A stretch of DNA of 64,000 nucleotides, taken from the NCBI GenBank assembly GCA_964188305.1, contig OZ076889.1; one strand, written 5' to 3'. This DNA is from Podarcis bocagei. Its lineage: Eukaryota. Of the stretch, positions 40,449 through 52,580 are shown in pieces. Each line of letters starts with the position of its first letter. Positions within the stretch are counted from its first letter, which is position 1. The notes below the pieces were generated by a model, which saw only the letters and a program-made list of their open reading frames with translations, did not search any database and was not told the DNA's origin. The translations under genes were made by a program, and so were the position numbers.

Positions 40449-40795
40449 CATCTTCAAATATCTTCAAAGCCATCTTCAAATATCGGAAGGGCTGTCACAT
40501 GGACAATGGAGCAAGCTTGCTTTCCCCCTTTCTGGAAGGTAGGACTCAAACCAAAGGCTTCAAGTTGCAGGAAAGGAGATTCTAGGTAAACATAAGGAAA
40601 CTTTCTGACATTAAGAGCTGTTTGACAGAGGAACAGTCTCCCTCGGGAGGTGGTGGACTCTCCTTCCTTGGAGTTTTTAAAGCAGAGGTTGGATGGCCAT
40701 CTAGCATGGATGCTTTGGTAGAGATTCCTGCATTGCAGGGGGTTGGACTAGATGACCCTTGGGATCCCTTCCAACTCTACAATTCTACTATTCTA
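40449..40795 (+). mobile_element. CR1 LINE 3' end (5'-truncated)
   Basis: CR1 ORF2 end (gtggtggactctccttccttggag...ttaaagcagaggttggatggccatct) and terminal ccttccaactctacaattcta(ct)attcta. Confidence 0.9.
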
Positions 40796-42273
40796 TCCAA
40801 ATAACTACTTTAAGCAGGTCAAACAGTTTGGGCACATCCAGAATTATATTTGACCTCTCTCTTTTTTAGTAGCAGACTCCTCAACCATATCAAACAGCTT
40901 TCGAGAGTCCCTTCAGCTTCATGTAATTTACCCAGTGCTGTGAAAAGGGTGACTGATCTTTGAGGAAAAATAACCCCCAAGTTTGCTGAGACATGCAGAA
41001 CTAATTGTGTGGATCTTCGGATCCAAGTCATTGTGTTCAGAAGCTGGAAGTCAGCTGACAGAACAAAATATTCTCTTGAAATTACCCTATATTTCATTCA
41101 TGTGTAGTTCCTGCATTAACTATACTGAAATGGTTACTGCATAACTTCAGCACTTGCCAATAAAGTATACTGTTTGTTAAGCACCACATACATTAACTGG
41201 CTTTTCAGTTCTCAGATATGAGCAGGGCTTGCGATGAACTAATTTAGATTAACTAATTCACTGAATTCAAAAATCTAATATTTACACCTGAAAGTAGTTC
41301 CTATAATTTCCAGGTGAATTAAGTTCCTTTTGCAGTGGAAGTTTGGGCAATTTTAAATTAATTCTGATTTCAATTAAATAATATTTATATGTAGGGCTCT
41401 CGTCCAACTCAATGCTGCTTTTGCTTGTGGCCGCTGCATTTTACATTTTTTCCTATCTGTAAAGTGAATCTGCTTTTTAAACTTAAATGTCATAATTGTT
41501 GGGGGAAATAAATAAAACAATTGTTTACAGTATACTCTGTGTTTTGATATTACCTTAGTCTTCTTAAAAGTATTTTTTATATATTTAGTATATTTAGCAA
41601 AGTGGCTCATAAAATTTACCAGACTTCCAAGCTTCCTTTGGAAAGATTTGTTTCCATTTTTTAAAAGGAATATTTTCCCCACTGCAGATGCTTCAAAGGA
41701 GCTCCCCTCCAACAATCAACTGCACATCAGTTAAAGAGATTTAGCCTCTTCAAAGATACACTTCCAGCACCAATCCCGATTGAAGACATGCTTTCAGCAC
41801 CAAAGGAAGTTGCTCTAGATGACAATCAGTTGACTGATTAGTTTAGTTTTAAATATTAAATGGTTTCAAATATTAAACAATATCTATAAAGATTTTCCAA
41901 AATCATCTCTTTTTTCCACATATCAACTGAATAAAGTTCCCTTTGCTTTTGGAGCAAGATCAACATTTACCTTCTGTCTATGTATTTTTCCAACATGTAA
42001 GATACCGTTGGTAGATCATGTTATTACAACTCTCTTAAATTTAAATAAACCTGAAAACTACACTCTTTTGGAAAATACGTATGTTCATAGCTTTTCTTGA
42101 ATAGATTTCTATTTCATTTCATTTTAAATATTTCATCATCTCTGCATTTCATTCACATCAAAATGTGTATCTGAGAGGCTCTTGTTATGATTTGAATTCA
42201 TTTAGCTTTCAAATTTGGATTTGGTGTGTAAAACAGTTTTGCTGCAAAATCTTTAAAAGTGATCTGAAAATTA

Positions 42274-42633
42274 CCATATATACTCATGTTTAAGTCGACT
42301 TTTTCAGCACATTTTTAATGCTGAAAAAGCCCCCCTCAGCTTACACTCGAGTGAGGGTCCCACTTACTGTTTGCTGCCGCCGCCACTGCTCTACCATGCG
42401 CGGCTCCTGTGCCTGCCCTTACGAGCGACAGAGGCTGTTGTCAGTGGAGGAGGAGGAACGAGCAGCCTGAAAGCAGCCCTTCTGGGCTGCTCCTTCCTCC
42501 TCCTCCGCCTTTGCCGCTGTCAGCATTTCCCACCCTAGGCTTATACTCGAGTAAATAAGTTTTCCCAGGTTTTGGTGGTAAAATTAGGTGCCTCATCTTA
42601 TATTCTGGTCGGCTTATACTTGAGTATATAGGG
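42274..42633. mobile_element. TcMar (Tc2/pogo-like) non-autonomous element
   Basis: TA-CCATATATACTCATG... / ...CTTATACTTGAGTATATAGGG-TA TIRs. Confidence 0.75.
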
Positions 42634-43460
42634 TATTGATAAAAGGGTTTTCCCCTACATTTCTAGAAAGGCAAACATATTTATGGAGAGTCCTGTTGCT
42701 GTGTAGTTCTGCAAGTTACTGCAGCAGTTTGCCATGGATATGTTTATGGTGAGGCTGGGCAACTAACTATACAACTAGATACTCTGGCTTCCCCAATGAG
42801 CTCAATGAGGACCCAAGGGACGTTGCACTTTAGTTAATGTCAGCAACAAAATAGTAGCAGTTACAGCAGTAGTAATATACTGTTATAAATGCCCTCAAAG
42901 AATTCCAGCGATATTTGGTGTTAACAGGATAATGAACTGGATGGATCTTTGTTCTGACTGCTAAGGTTTTATGATGCTTCTTGAGACAAATTTCTTACAA
43001 ATTAAATTAGCAACATTTCAGAAATAAACACCCTAGAAAGTGAGTTAATGGTTTTAACACCCACCTAAAATTGTTTCTGAAAAAGAGCAGCAGTGTGAAT
43101 TTGATATAACAAAGCATTCTAAACTAAAAAAAAAACAGAAATGTGTAACCTAAGGCAGGCCTTCTCAACTTGCAACTTGTTCTTAGACCTTATGCAAAGG
43201 TTTCAAGGAAGAAAGGGTGGTAACTATATAAACATATAAATGTTGCCACGTAGAATGGAAAGCAACAAGTATTTGTGACTATTTTCCAGCCCCATAATAT
43301 ATAGAACAGTAGCAGTAATGCTGAAGGCGATCATGCAGTAGCAGGCGATATCAAGCTGTATTGTGACATCTACTAATCATCTTTCTCTCTCTCAACCACA
43401 TCCCATTAAGTTAAAAGTCACCAGTTGTTCCATTAAAAAACCAAGTACATTTATGCAATA

Positions 43461-43637
43461 CAGAGCTTTTCCAACTTTTCAAGTTGGTTACATACTGTGT
43501 AATTCAGTTTGACTAGCAAGCTGGAGGTTAAACTAACCCTTTCCAGCCCCGGGAAGAGCGTGGGGAGCATTTGTGTGACACACCTACACAGTGCAGCTTA
43601 CACACTAATGTGTCGTGGCACGGTTTTGAAAGCTCTG
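43461..43637. mobile_element. Short hAT MITE
   Basis: CAGAGCTTTT / AAAGCTCTG ends; imperfect 8-bp TSD ATGCAATA/ATGTAACA. Confidence 0.6.
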
Positions 43638-45179
43638 ATGTAACATAACTCTTCATGTAATCACTTACAATTTGTGTACACACATCCCTTTCGGATGGAG
43701 GTCTGCTTGCATATTAATTCTGTTATCAAGATTTAATTGAAGTTTGCCGATGTTCACAAATATCGGAACTGTTATTTCCCAAGCATTGAGATAATCAACC
43801 AAAATGGATCTTGCAAGACCTCATGATTATGGAGACTCATGCTCCAACACTGGACGAACAAATCTTCACCAATAGTTCTTCTCAACAGGAAAGTTTACTG
43901 CCCTAGCCACATCTCAACATGCAGTTTAAGCCATGCATAGTGTTAGATGCATGTTAGAAAAGGGGGAAATAAACATAACTGGAGCACATTCTATATGGAA
44001 AAACAATGCTTTGTTTTGGATGGGGAAAAAGGAACAAGGAGTGTGTTACATACAATGGAAGGAAAAGAAAGGAATGTATCCTTCTCCACCAACACATCCC
44101 TTAGAATATCATTCTATGAAATAGTTGCCATGAAAGCAAGAATTACTTGATTACTTTTAATTACTGTATTTGTTTACTTAACATACAGAATTGCCCACCA
44201 CAATAGCCCTATTTGCATATTACTTGCAAATAGGAAAATTACGGTTTCAAGCTCCACTCTATGCCATGCCCTCAAAGACCACATGTTAAGAATGGTTGTA
44301 CACAGTGGAAACTCTATGCACAAGCAGCATCTCACAGACAGAGGCTTGATGCATTCTGGACACCAGTGTTCCCAACCCCACGGATTTCCTATGTGTGAGA
44401 AGCTGCTGAAGCGTAGGGGGTTTCCTTGCAGACAGCTATGCGCAACACAATCAGAGGACAGAGCTGGCAAGGCAAACTGAGTAGCTGCACTCCACCCTGA
44501 AACTGTGAAAGCCCAACACATTAATAATGTGTGAAAAGGACTAATGTGGAGATAACCATTAGCGTATAGGGCTTTACCCCTGGCCAAGAGACGGGGCTAT
44601 ATACATCCCAATAGCACTGGAAATGACATAAAACTTTTGTGTCTGTTCTCCACAACTCCATATTCCACGTAGCCCTCAACTATGTCAACCTGGGAATTAC
44701 CATGTGGTGTTTCGGGGGGGGGGGGGGAGTCTCCATACTTCAGTGAAATACTGAAGCTTTTACTTTTGTGATTTTTGAGGTCAATTTTACCCCTGTGTAC
44801 ACCATGCACATCAGGTGCTGGGTCAAAGTGATGCTGTGAAATGTATTTAAAGTTTTTATTTACTAGTAATCCATACCTCACGGGTTTATAAAACCTGTTA
44901 CAAACCCTTTTCCAGTTACAACCTTCCTTCTGACCCAGCAATACTGGGGTTTATTTCATCATGACTTTCATTTTGTGCAAAACATGCTGATCCGGGTTTT
45001 GGAATCCTTAAGAATGTAACTGTATCTGCAAAATGTGTTTTTGGACAACCAGCACACTCACCTCAACTGAAAGCCAGACCTAATGGCAACTTCTAATACA
45101 GTAAAGGATCTTTCTCTGTTCCACGCACAGAAAGATCATTGCAAAATGTGTTGTTGAGGGTTGACCTCAACACTTCTGG

Positions 45180-45490
45180 GCCAAATGTCACTGGCATCCT
45201 TCAAAGGAAACAATAGAGAAAGTCCTCAAATTTTATTAGAATTTTCAATGCCGAACTGCCAATGCAGGAGACAAGTATGCCTGTGTGCACAAGCTGTGCA
45301 CTCTCCCACAATGCTTTGCGAGTTACCGTTTATGAACAGATTTGTTCCATTTGAATGAAAATGATGGTGTACATACCATCCAAACCCACAAAGTACGTCA
45401 TACATGTGTTGTGATTGTATCTTGAACATAACTGGTAGACATAAATGTGGTGAAGACAAGTGCCCCATAAGCTCAAAAACAAGGCCATAC
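45180..45490 (+). mobile_element. piggyBac transposase fossil (first catalytic region)
   Basis: DKYACVHKL, VTVYEQ/FVPF and YIPSKPTKY.I correspond to piggyBac DKLAP.R, TVDEQLVPF and YIPSKPAKYGI motifs; frameshifted. Confidence 0.7.
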
Positions 45491-46514
45491 ACAGGCTAAG
45501 AAACTAAGAGCAGATTTATTATTTTCTGAATAGAATATAGCAACTGATAACATCACCAGTATGCCAGAGGCTTAGCAAAGAAAAACGTAACTCAGCTTAG
45601 CACATCAAAAAAACAGAAATATCCCCAAAGTTCCTTGCCCTCAAATCCTAGTGCCAACTACAACATTTTTGAAGTTCAAAAAGATTTGACCCTTTTAAGC
45701 AATATAGCAAATAAATGAAGGGTAGTGTATACAAGCAATCTCAGATTAACTTTTCTGTAAACCACTTTGATAGTGTTCTTTTTATCAAGTGGTGTATAAA
45801 TTTTATGAAATAAATAAATCAGAATTGCCTACTCCTTTATTACAATGAAACTAATGGTGATACGGACTCATGCATCCAAATGGTCTCCACAAACAATCCT
45901 AAACTCATGATCAAGCAGCAGCTAATATTGTTTTAATATTCACTTATTTTATTTACTCAACTTTTAAACAACCCTTCCTCAAATAGTGACCCAGTACCAT
46001 ATATAAAAACATGATTATAATCTGAAGAAAACACAAATTATGAAATTATGAAAACAAACTGTAAAACAGCACCAAAAGCTTTCGAATGATAAAAATCATT
46101 ACACACTATAAATACAGCAGCAGCAACACTTGAACAATGGTAGACAAGGCCTGCTTTCATGCCTATTGAAGCCAGACAACACAGAATGTGAAGATCTCAA
46201 AAGAAGTCTCTTTCCAGTAGATCAAAACCAGATTGAGTAACACACATAGCTTTCTTAGGATGTCAAGAGAGATAGCCTCAGAACTGGTAAAGTTTGCTGC
46301 CGCCGATATAAAGGACAGGGGCAGATGATGTCTCTTCAGATGGTGCAATGAGAAGATCACAGCAATAATGCATTTCATTTAACAATTCTGTCTACCCAGC
46401 TCAAACAGTCATGTTGATTAGAAAATGTTCAGGTCATGTCCAATAAGTTTGCAAAGTATGCTAGATTTGCTGTTGTCACTAGAAGTTCACACTCAAGATT
46501 ACTGCACTGTTATA

Positions 46515-46869
46515 CAGTGGTACCTCGCAAGACGAATGCCTCGCAAGACGGAAAACTCGCAAAACGAAAGGGTTTTTGGTTTTTTGAGTTGCTTCGCAAG
46601 ACGATTTTCCCTATGGGCTTGCTTCGCAAGACGGAAACGTCTTGCAAGTTTGTTTCCTTTTTCTTAAAACCGTTAATACAGTTGCGACTTGACTTCGAGG
46701 AGCAACTCATAGCACGCGGTGTGGTAGCCTTTTTTGAGGTTTTTGAAGACTTTTGTGATTTTTGAAGCTTTCCCAAAACTTTTCCGACACCGTGCTTCGC
46801 AAGACGAAAAAAACCGCAAGACGAAAAAACTCGCGGAACGAATTAATTTCGTCTTGCAAGGCACCACTG
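46515..46869. mobile_element. Tc1/mariner-type MITE, same family as 34845-35140, opposite orientation
   Basis: TA-CAGTGGTACCTCGCAAGACG ... CGTCTTGCAAGGCACCACTG-TA; CpGs largely intact, suggesting a young copy. Confidence 0.9.
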
Positions 46870-47849
46870 TACTTTTGCAGCTGCTATAACTATCTTATAT
46901 GCATGGTTTATGGCACAATATGTTACATTTTAAAAACTGAGATTACTAAGACACCTCCATAGTTTGTGTAGGTTTTTGTACTTTACTCTGAGCCTTGTTG
47001 ACCACAGTACTTATTAGTAACTAGACTGTTTTATTGGACAAGGGAAGGTCTCAATAAAGGGATAAAAAAAAAAAATGCAAATGGCTTAATAACTTCCATC
47101 AATTATTTTATTTGGATGGCCCTCCTGGGTACCTTTCACTACAATACCAAATTGGTACGATCAGTTTTCTATCAACAGTTGGTAAAACAAGGGATTAGAG
47201 AAAGTCCTGGATGGCATCAATAACTATTGGCTTTTATAACTAAGGTGAGGGGTATGTTCAAAAGTAGACTACTTCAGCAATTCCAGGTTAAAAGGATTTA
47301 TGGGTCCACTGATGGGTCAGTGCCCAAACAAAGCACAGAGAATATGTAACTAAATGCTATCTAGTAGAGGACATTCTGCTGAATGCATGGGTGTCAGGCC
47401 AAATATTATTTTGGGGCACACACCCCAGTTATTTATTCTTTTCTACACATTTTAAGTACTGCTGGCTTTTAATGTTATTATTTTGTTTTAACACAAACTA
47501 TTGTTGGAACACCTCAGAACTTATAGCTTGACGTAAGTTTTATGGAAGCAGGTGTCATGGTTAATGAGCTGCAGAAGGATTTGCACTTGCCATCCAAATG
47601 CAAATTGCCATCTTGCTGTGAGTCCTGGAATACCTGCTCCTTGCCCGGGGGTGGGGGCAGCTACAAAATGTTGAAGTGGCTGAACAGGGGGTTTTGTTGC
47701 AGGGTTTTATTGCTATTTTTATTGCCCTCTTTAAAATGTTTTAAATTGTTTTTAACTGCTTTTAACTTGTAAGTTGTTACATTTGAGGGTTTGCTGTTTT
47801 TTAAAGTAAGGGAACATAAGATCTGCATGGAAGGAGAGGAGCTAGAAAG

Positions 47850-49600
47850 AGCAGGAGCAACCCCAATCACAGTGGTTCTGGGGGGAAGGTATGGTGTGGA
47901 GGGCGGGGATGGTTGGGTAGGGGGCACATAGCACAGGCAGTTAGTGACTGTGCTGTGCGACAGTCCCTTCTCCAACATGGGGAATTGTGGTTGTCCTATC
48001 AGCCAGCTATTGGATCAGCCACTGGGCTGTTGTTGCTGAATGACAGGTCAGCTCAGATTTGGTCTGTATCACAGAGACCTGGGTGGGTGGAACAAGTCTC
48101 ACTCAGCTGTGCCCACCTGGGTACTCGATGCAGCATCAAGGTAGGCTTGAAGGTTGGGGAGAGGGAGTTCTTGTGGTCTATAGAAATTCTCTCTCTTTCT
48201 CTTTCCAGGCCCACTGTCCAGTTGGGTAGAGGAGGGGAGGCAATCTTGAGTGTGTGTTCCTGGCATTGGGCAACTGGAACAGATTAGGGATTCTGCTGGT
48301 TTACAACCCACCCTGCTGTTAACAATCTCCCTGCCTGAGATGACAGATCCAGTCTCAGAGGTAGTGCTGAGGACTCCCAGACTGCCGGTTTTGGGGGATT
48401 CAACATTCATGCTGAGGCAACTGGCTCTGGGGTGGCTCCATGGCTGCCATGACGACCATGGGGCTATCTCAACATGTCACCGGCCCAAAGGATGTAGCAA
48501 GCCACACTTGGGACGTTTTCTCAACCAGGCAGGAAAGGGGTTCAACCATCTGAAAGTGGGGGATATTGACATCAGTCCCTCGGGATGGTCAGATCACTTC
48601 TTGCAAGATTTAGGCTTTCAGCACCCTTTCTCCTCTGCAACAGGCCAATTAGGATATTCCACTCTCAGAGGCTGATGGAGCCAATGGGTTTCCAGACATC
48701 TTTGTAGGGTTTACCTGCTGATATGCCTGGCACTCCTGTCAAAGCCCTGGCCAACCTCTGGAACATCCAAATTGCTCAGGATGCTGACACAATGGCCTTT
48801 GAGCGCCCTTTCCCACTTCACAGAGCCCACTTGGCTTCCTGGTAACAGTCCACAGCTTAGGGCAAGGAAACAAGCTGGGAGACAGCTTAAACACAAGTGC
48901 AGGTAAACTCCAGTCAAATGCAACTGAACACTGGAGAGGGCTCATTATAGAGTCCACTTTAGAAGGCATACTGTGCTGCCTCCATAGCATCCTCTTTGTG
49001 CCTTCTGGCACAGCTTTTCCAGGTAGCGCGGGCCGCTTACAGACTGGTCTGAAGGAGGTGGCAGAATTGAAGGTAGCATTGTGACTTGTTTGCAAAGCAC
49101 TGTGAGAATTAAATTGCTTGCATCCAGTGGGATTGTAAATCTGCTGTGACAGCAGATTAGTCTCAAGGGGTATCTGAACACCGTCTAGTCCTGTTGTGTT
49201 GTTTCAAGTTTCAGTTAGCAAGGCTCAAGGATGTGGACAAGGTGCTTGAATCAGTCAGGGTGACCGCTTGCGCTCTGAATCCCTGCCCCCCATGACTGAT
49301 AAGATCTAACAGCTGGCTGGGCCAGAGAGGTGATTAATGCCTCCTTGCAAGAGGAGGTGGTACCTGCCTGCTTGAAGGAGGCAGTGGTAAAACTACTGCT
49401 CAAGAAACCCTCACTGGATTTGGAAAATCTAAGAAACTAGTGGCCAGTGGCCAATTTCCCTTTCTTGGGCAAGGTTCTTGAGCAGGTGGTCGCAGAAAAT
49501 ACCCAGGCACCCTTGGGAGGAAAGTGATTTTTTAGATCCATTTCAATCAGGGTTTAGGCACTGTTTTGGCACAGAAACTGTTTGGGTTGCCCTGTATCTT
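47850..49600 (+). mobile_element. Decayed L2 LINE ORF2 (APE endonuclease and N-part of reverse transcriptase)
   Basis: PRLPVLGD (EN LGDFN motif) near 48380. LKEAVVKLLLKKPSLD...PVANFPFLGKVLEQVV...FLDPFQSGFR..FGTET at 49370-49580. Multiple stops and frameshifts. Confidence 0.85.
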
Positions 49601-49863
49601 CCTAAAGGGCAGTATACAAATAAATAATCACATAATGAAAACTAATAGCTTTCTTGCAGAGATGATTATATGCAAGAACATTTGCTTTAATGAAAACTTC
49701 ATGCATTTTGATTTCTTCACTATGGTTTATTTATGAAAAAGGGGGAATCTGTAAACCTGAAATATAACATCATACGAGAGAAAAGAAATTAGTTATGATT
49801 CTGAATATTCATTAGTTATTATTCCAACTGAGATACAAACCTGTAGAAGTTTTTACTGCTTAC

Positions 49864-49918
49864 CTGTTTGCCTTCTCCCTCTTCAAGCTGCAAGTTTGCA
49901 TCCAATACCAAGACAAAC
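49864..49918 (-). other. ZNF644: ZNF644 exon 2 (55 nt) carrying the ATG equivalent to the mammalian annotated start (49901)
   Basis: ttacttattgtag|GTTTG...AAACAG|gtaagc. 17 nt precede the ATG and the exon ends in phase 2 (AG), as I recall for human exon 2. Joined to exon 3 it reads ...NS-INVLNG (human ...SR-LNVLNG). Confidence 0.8.
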
Positions 49919-50577
49919 CTACAATAAGTAAATAAAATACTATGATAAAGTTGTCTGAAAGCAAATTTATTATACCCCTGATAGGCACCCAAGCTGTACA
50001 AATGGATATGCAATCATTCAATCTCACCAACAATGAAACACCACATAAGTTATTTTCTTAATATTTATACCTAAACATTTATCCCATTATTGAAACCTCT
50101 ATATACACGTTTTTCCTCCAACTCTCCAATGACTACATTTTAAAGAAGAATATGGTGATTAATGCTCAAGTATCCTGAGTACCCATCAGTCTTCAGCCCT
50201 GCTGAAGTACATACACGTTTCTTTACAAACAGAAGTACTTTTTTTCAGAGTTTTTCTGAAATAGAAACCTGCTTTTTAGGCAGTACTTAATCAAATGCTA
50301 GGATGAAAAAAACAAAATGTTCCAGAATGCAACAAAGGAATCAAGATACCAGTGGCAACAACAGAATTAAAATCCTTTCAAAGCTTTATTCAGTGAATCA
50401 GCAATAATCCTGCTTTGACACAGAACATGGAGGATTGAGAATGAAGCTACAGACCAGGGACAGCTACTGTGGTATACTGCATATGTTTTGAACTACAACT
50501 CCCATCAGCCCCTCCAGCAAGTCCCATGATCAAACTGGCTACTCCCGATATACATGGAGAATAAAGAGTATGCAATA

Positions 50578-50799
50578 CAGTTGTACCTTGGTTCTCGTAC
50601 GTTTTGGCTCCCGAATGCCGAAAACCCAGAAGTGTTCCAGTTTTCCAACATTTTTTGGAAGCTGAATGTCCAACGCGGCTTCCGCCTGAGTGCAGGAAGT
50701 TCCCGCAGCCAACTGAACGCTGCACCTTGGTTTTTGAATTGTTCCAGGAGTCGAACAGACTCTCGGAACGGATTAAGCTCGAGAACCAAGGTTCCACTG
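50578..50799. mobile_element. Tc1/mariner-type MITE, related to 39430-39669 in opposite orientation
   Basis: TA-CAGTTGTACCTTGGTTCTCG ... CGAGAACCAAGGTTCCACTG-TA. Confidence 0.85.
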
Positions 50800-52204
50800 T
50801 ATATTATTCTCTCATCTTACTGTGCCTATTAAGGCAACACTATTTCCCGTTGGCTATGACTTAAAGGGATCTATCAGAGTATGATTTAGGTAACTTAGCC
50901 ATAGACATTGGCCATGTTTGGCGGCAATGCTAAATCATGGTTTTATGTAGCAGCTGGTTAGACTTAAAATGTTATATATTTTACATACATTTTCCTCAAG
51001 ACTAAACATAAAACGTATGTAATTCTTTTGGCCCCAGTTTCCGTCCACCATCAGAATGCTACCCACAGAAGACTGGCCAGGTTTGAATCCAGTCCTCCAT
51101 CTGAAAGTTATCTTTACCTGCCCCCAGTTTTGTTCTACATAAATTAACCTACCATCAATGTCAATTTACCATCTCCCTCCTCTCCTCTCCTCCCCTCCAT
51201 GGTCTAGAAGCAGAATTCAAAACTTTTACCACTTCTCCTTAAGTGTGGCTTCTTCATTGGCAAAACCAAGGACCATGGTTTAACGCTAACTGGTTCTAGA
51301 AAAAGCTAACTTCAAACCACGGAGTAGAGATCACACAAGTCTGGAAGGTTTATTCATGTAGCACTAAACCAAGGCTTAGCATTATATTCAAAGATGGCTA
51401 CTGTCTATCGTAATAGTTACCTAAACCATGCTGTAATTGACTCTTCCAAAACAAACCATATGTAGTGTTAAATCACTACCCCCAATTTGGACAACATGGG
51501 AAGATTCTTATACTGCAAGGCAAAAGCTTACAAACTCTTGGCTAAGTGGGATGAGAATGCCAGAGCCCAGGAAACAGCTAATTTCTTCACAAAATATGAA
51601 ACTATGGTTTAGTGTTATGCCAAATGTGGCCACTGTTGATCTGCACAAAGTCAGCTTACCTAAGCAGATGCATCTATATGTTTGTGCTTAAAACTCTTAA
51701 GTGGCACATTTTCTTGGCATCTCCCTTCTTAAAACATGCTTCTTTTGCATCAATAATGAAAAACTTAATTTGCAAACAGAGATATCCAGTTTCTTCCATA
51801 GTTGAATTTAAAATAGAATGGATTTTTAAAGAGGTAGGGAGTTTGAATTGGAAAATTCATAATTCTAACATGTTCATCATGTGACTTATAAAATTAGCAT
51901 GAGGTAATTCTTAAGTTTTTGAATCAACATATTTTATCAGGCACATTATTATACTTAAAAGTGGTTTAGATGTTAAAGAAACTCAAAACCTTACAAGGAA
52001 ATAATAACTTGAAAAAATTTATAAAGATGATAGTTTGCACTTCCCTTACATTGTATAAGAGGGGGAGGGATGAAGGCAGGGAAAACTACTAACACAACAA
52101 TTTTAGCACACCAAAATAATTGTGCATGATGTATCATGGTTGTCCACAATTCTACTTCAGAGTTATAATCCAACTTGGACACCTCCAGTTTCACAGTCGC
52201 TACC

Positions 52205-52580
52205 TGCAGAATTACGTGCATGGCCACATAGCAGTTTCTGGACCAGACATCTAAGTGGAAGGCTGACTTAACAGTGGAGGAATGAAATATTAAGCAGAGC
52301 TAAAGGGAATGACTGGCAGGGAGTGGCAGGCAGGAATTGACAGTTAATTAGTGCTGGCTAGCACAAGGGCTAATTAAGGGAGAGTTGGGGTAACTGGGAT
52401 AGATATAAAATATCTGCTAGCGTGTTTAGTCGGTGTTTAGTCAGCTGCTAGCGTGTTTAGTCAGTTAAATCAGAAAACTAGAGCTATAAGAATGCTGCAT
52501 TTAATGACTGCTTATTGCATTCACTAACTGAATAAATGTTTGTTTCCTGATCTGTGCTCTAATCCGGGTGGATTCTAAAC
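52205..52580 (+). mobile_element. Possible solo LTR
   Basis: TATA-like GATATAAAA (~52402), tandem GTGTTTAGTC repeats and AATAAA (52531) in U3-R-U5 order. Boundaries and TSD not resolved. Confidence 0.35.

Noticed and set aside
44174-44941. Cys/Trp-rich short ORFs as a possible endogenous viral or zinc-finger remnant
   Set aside because: No recognisable motif in the frames examined; cannot be supported without a search.
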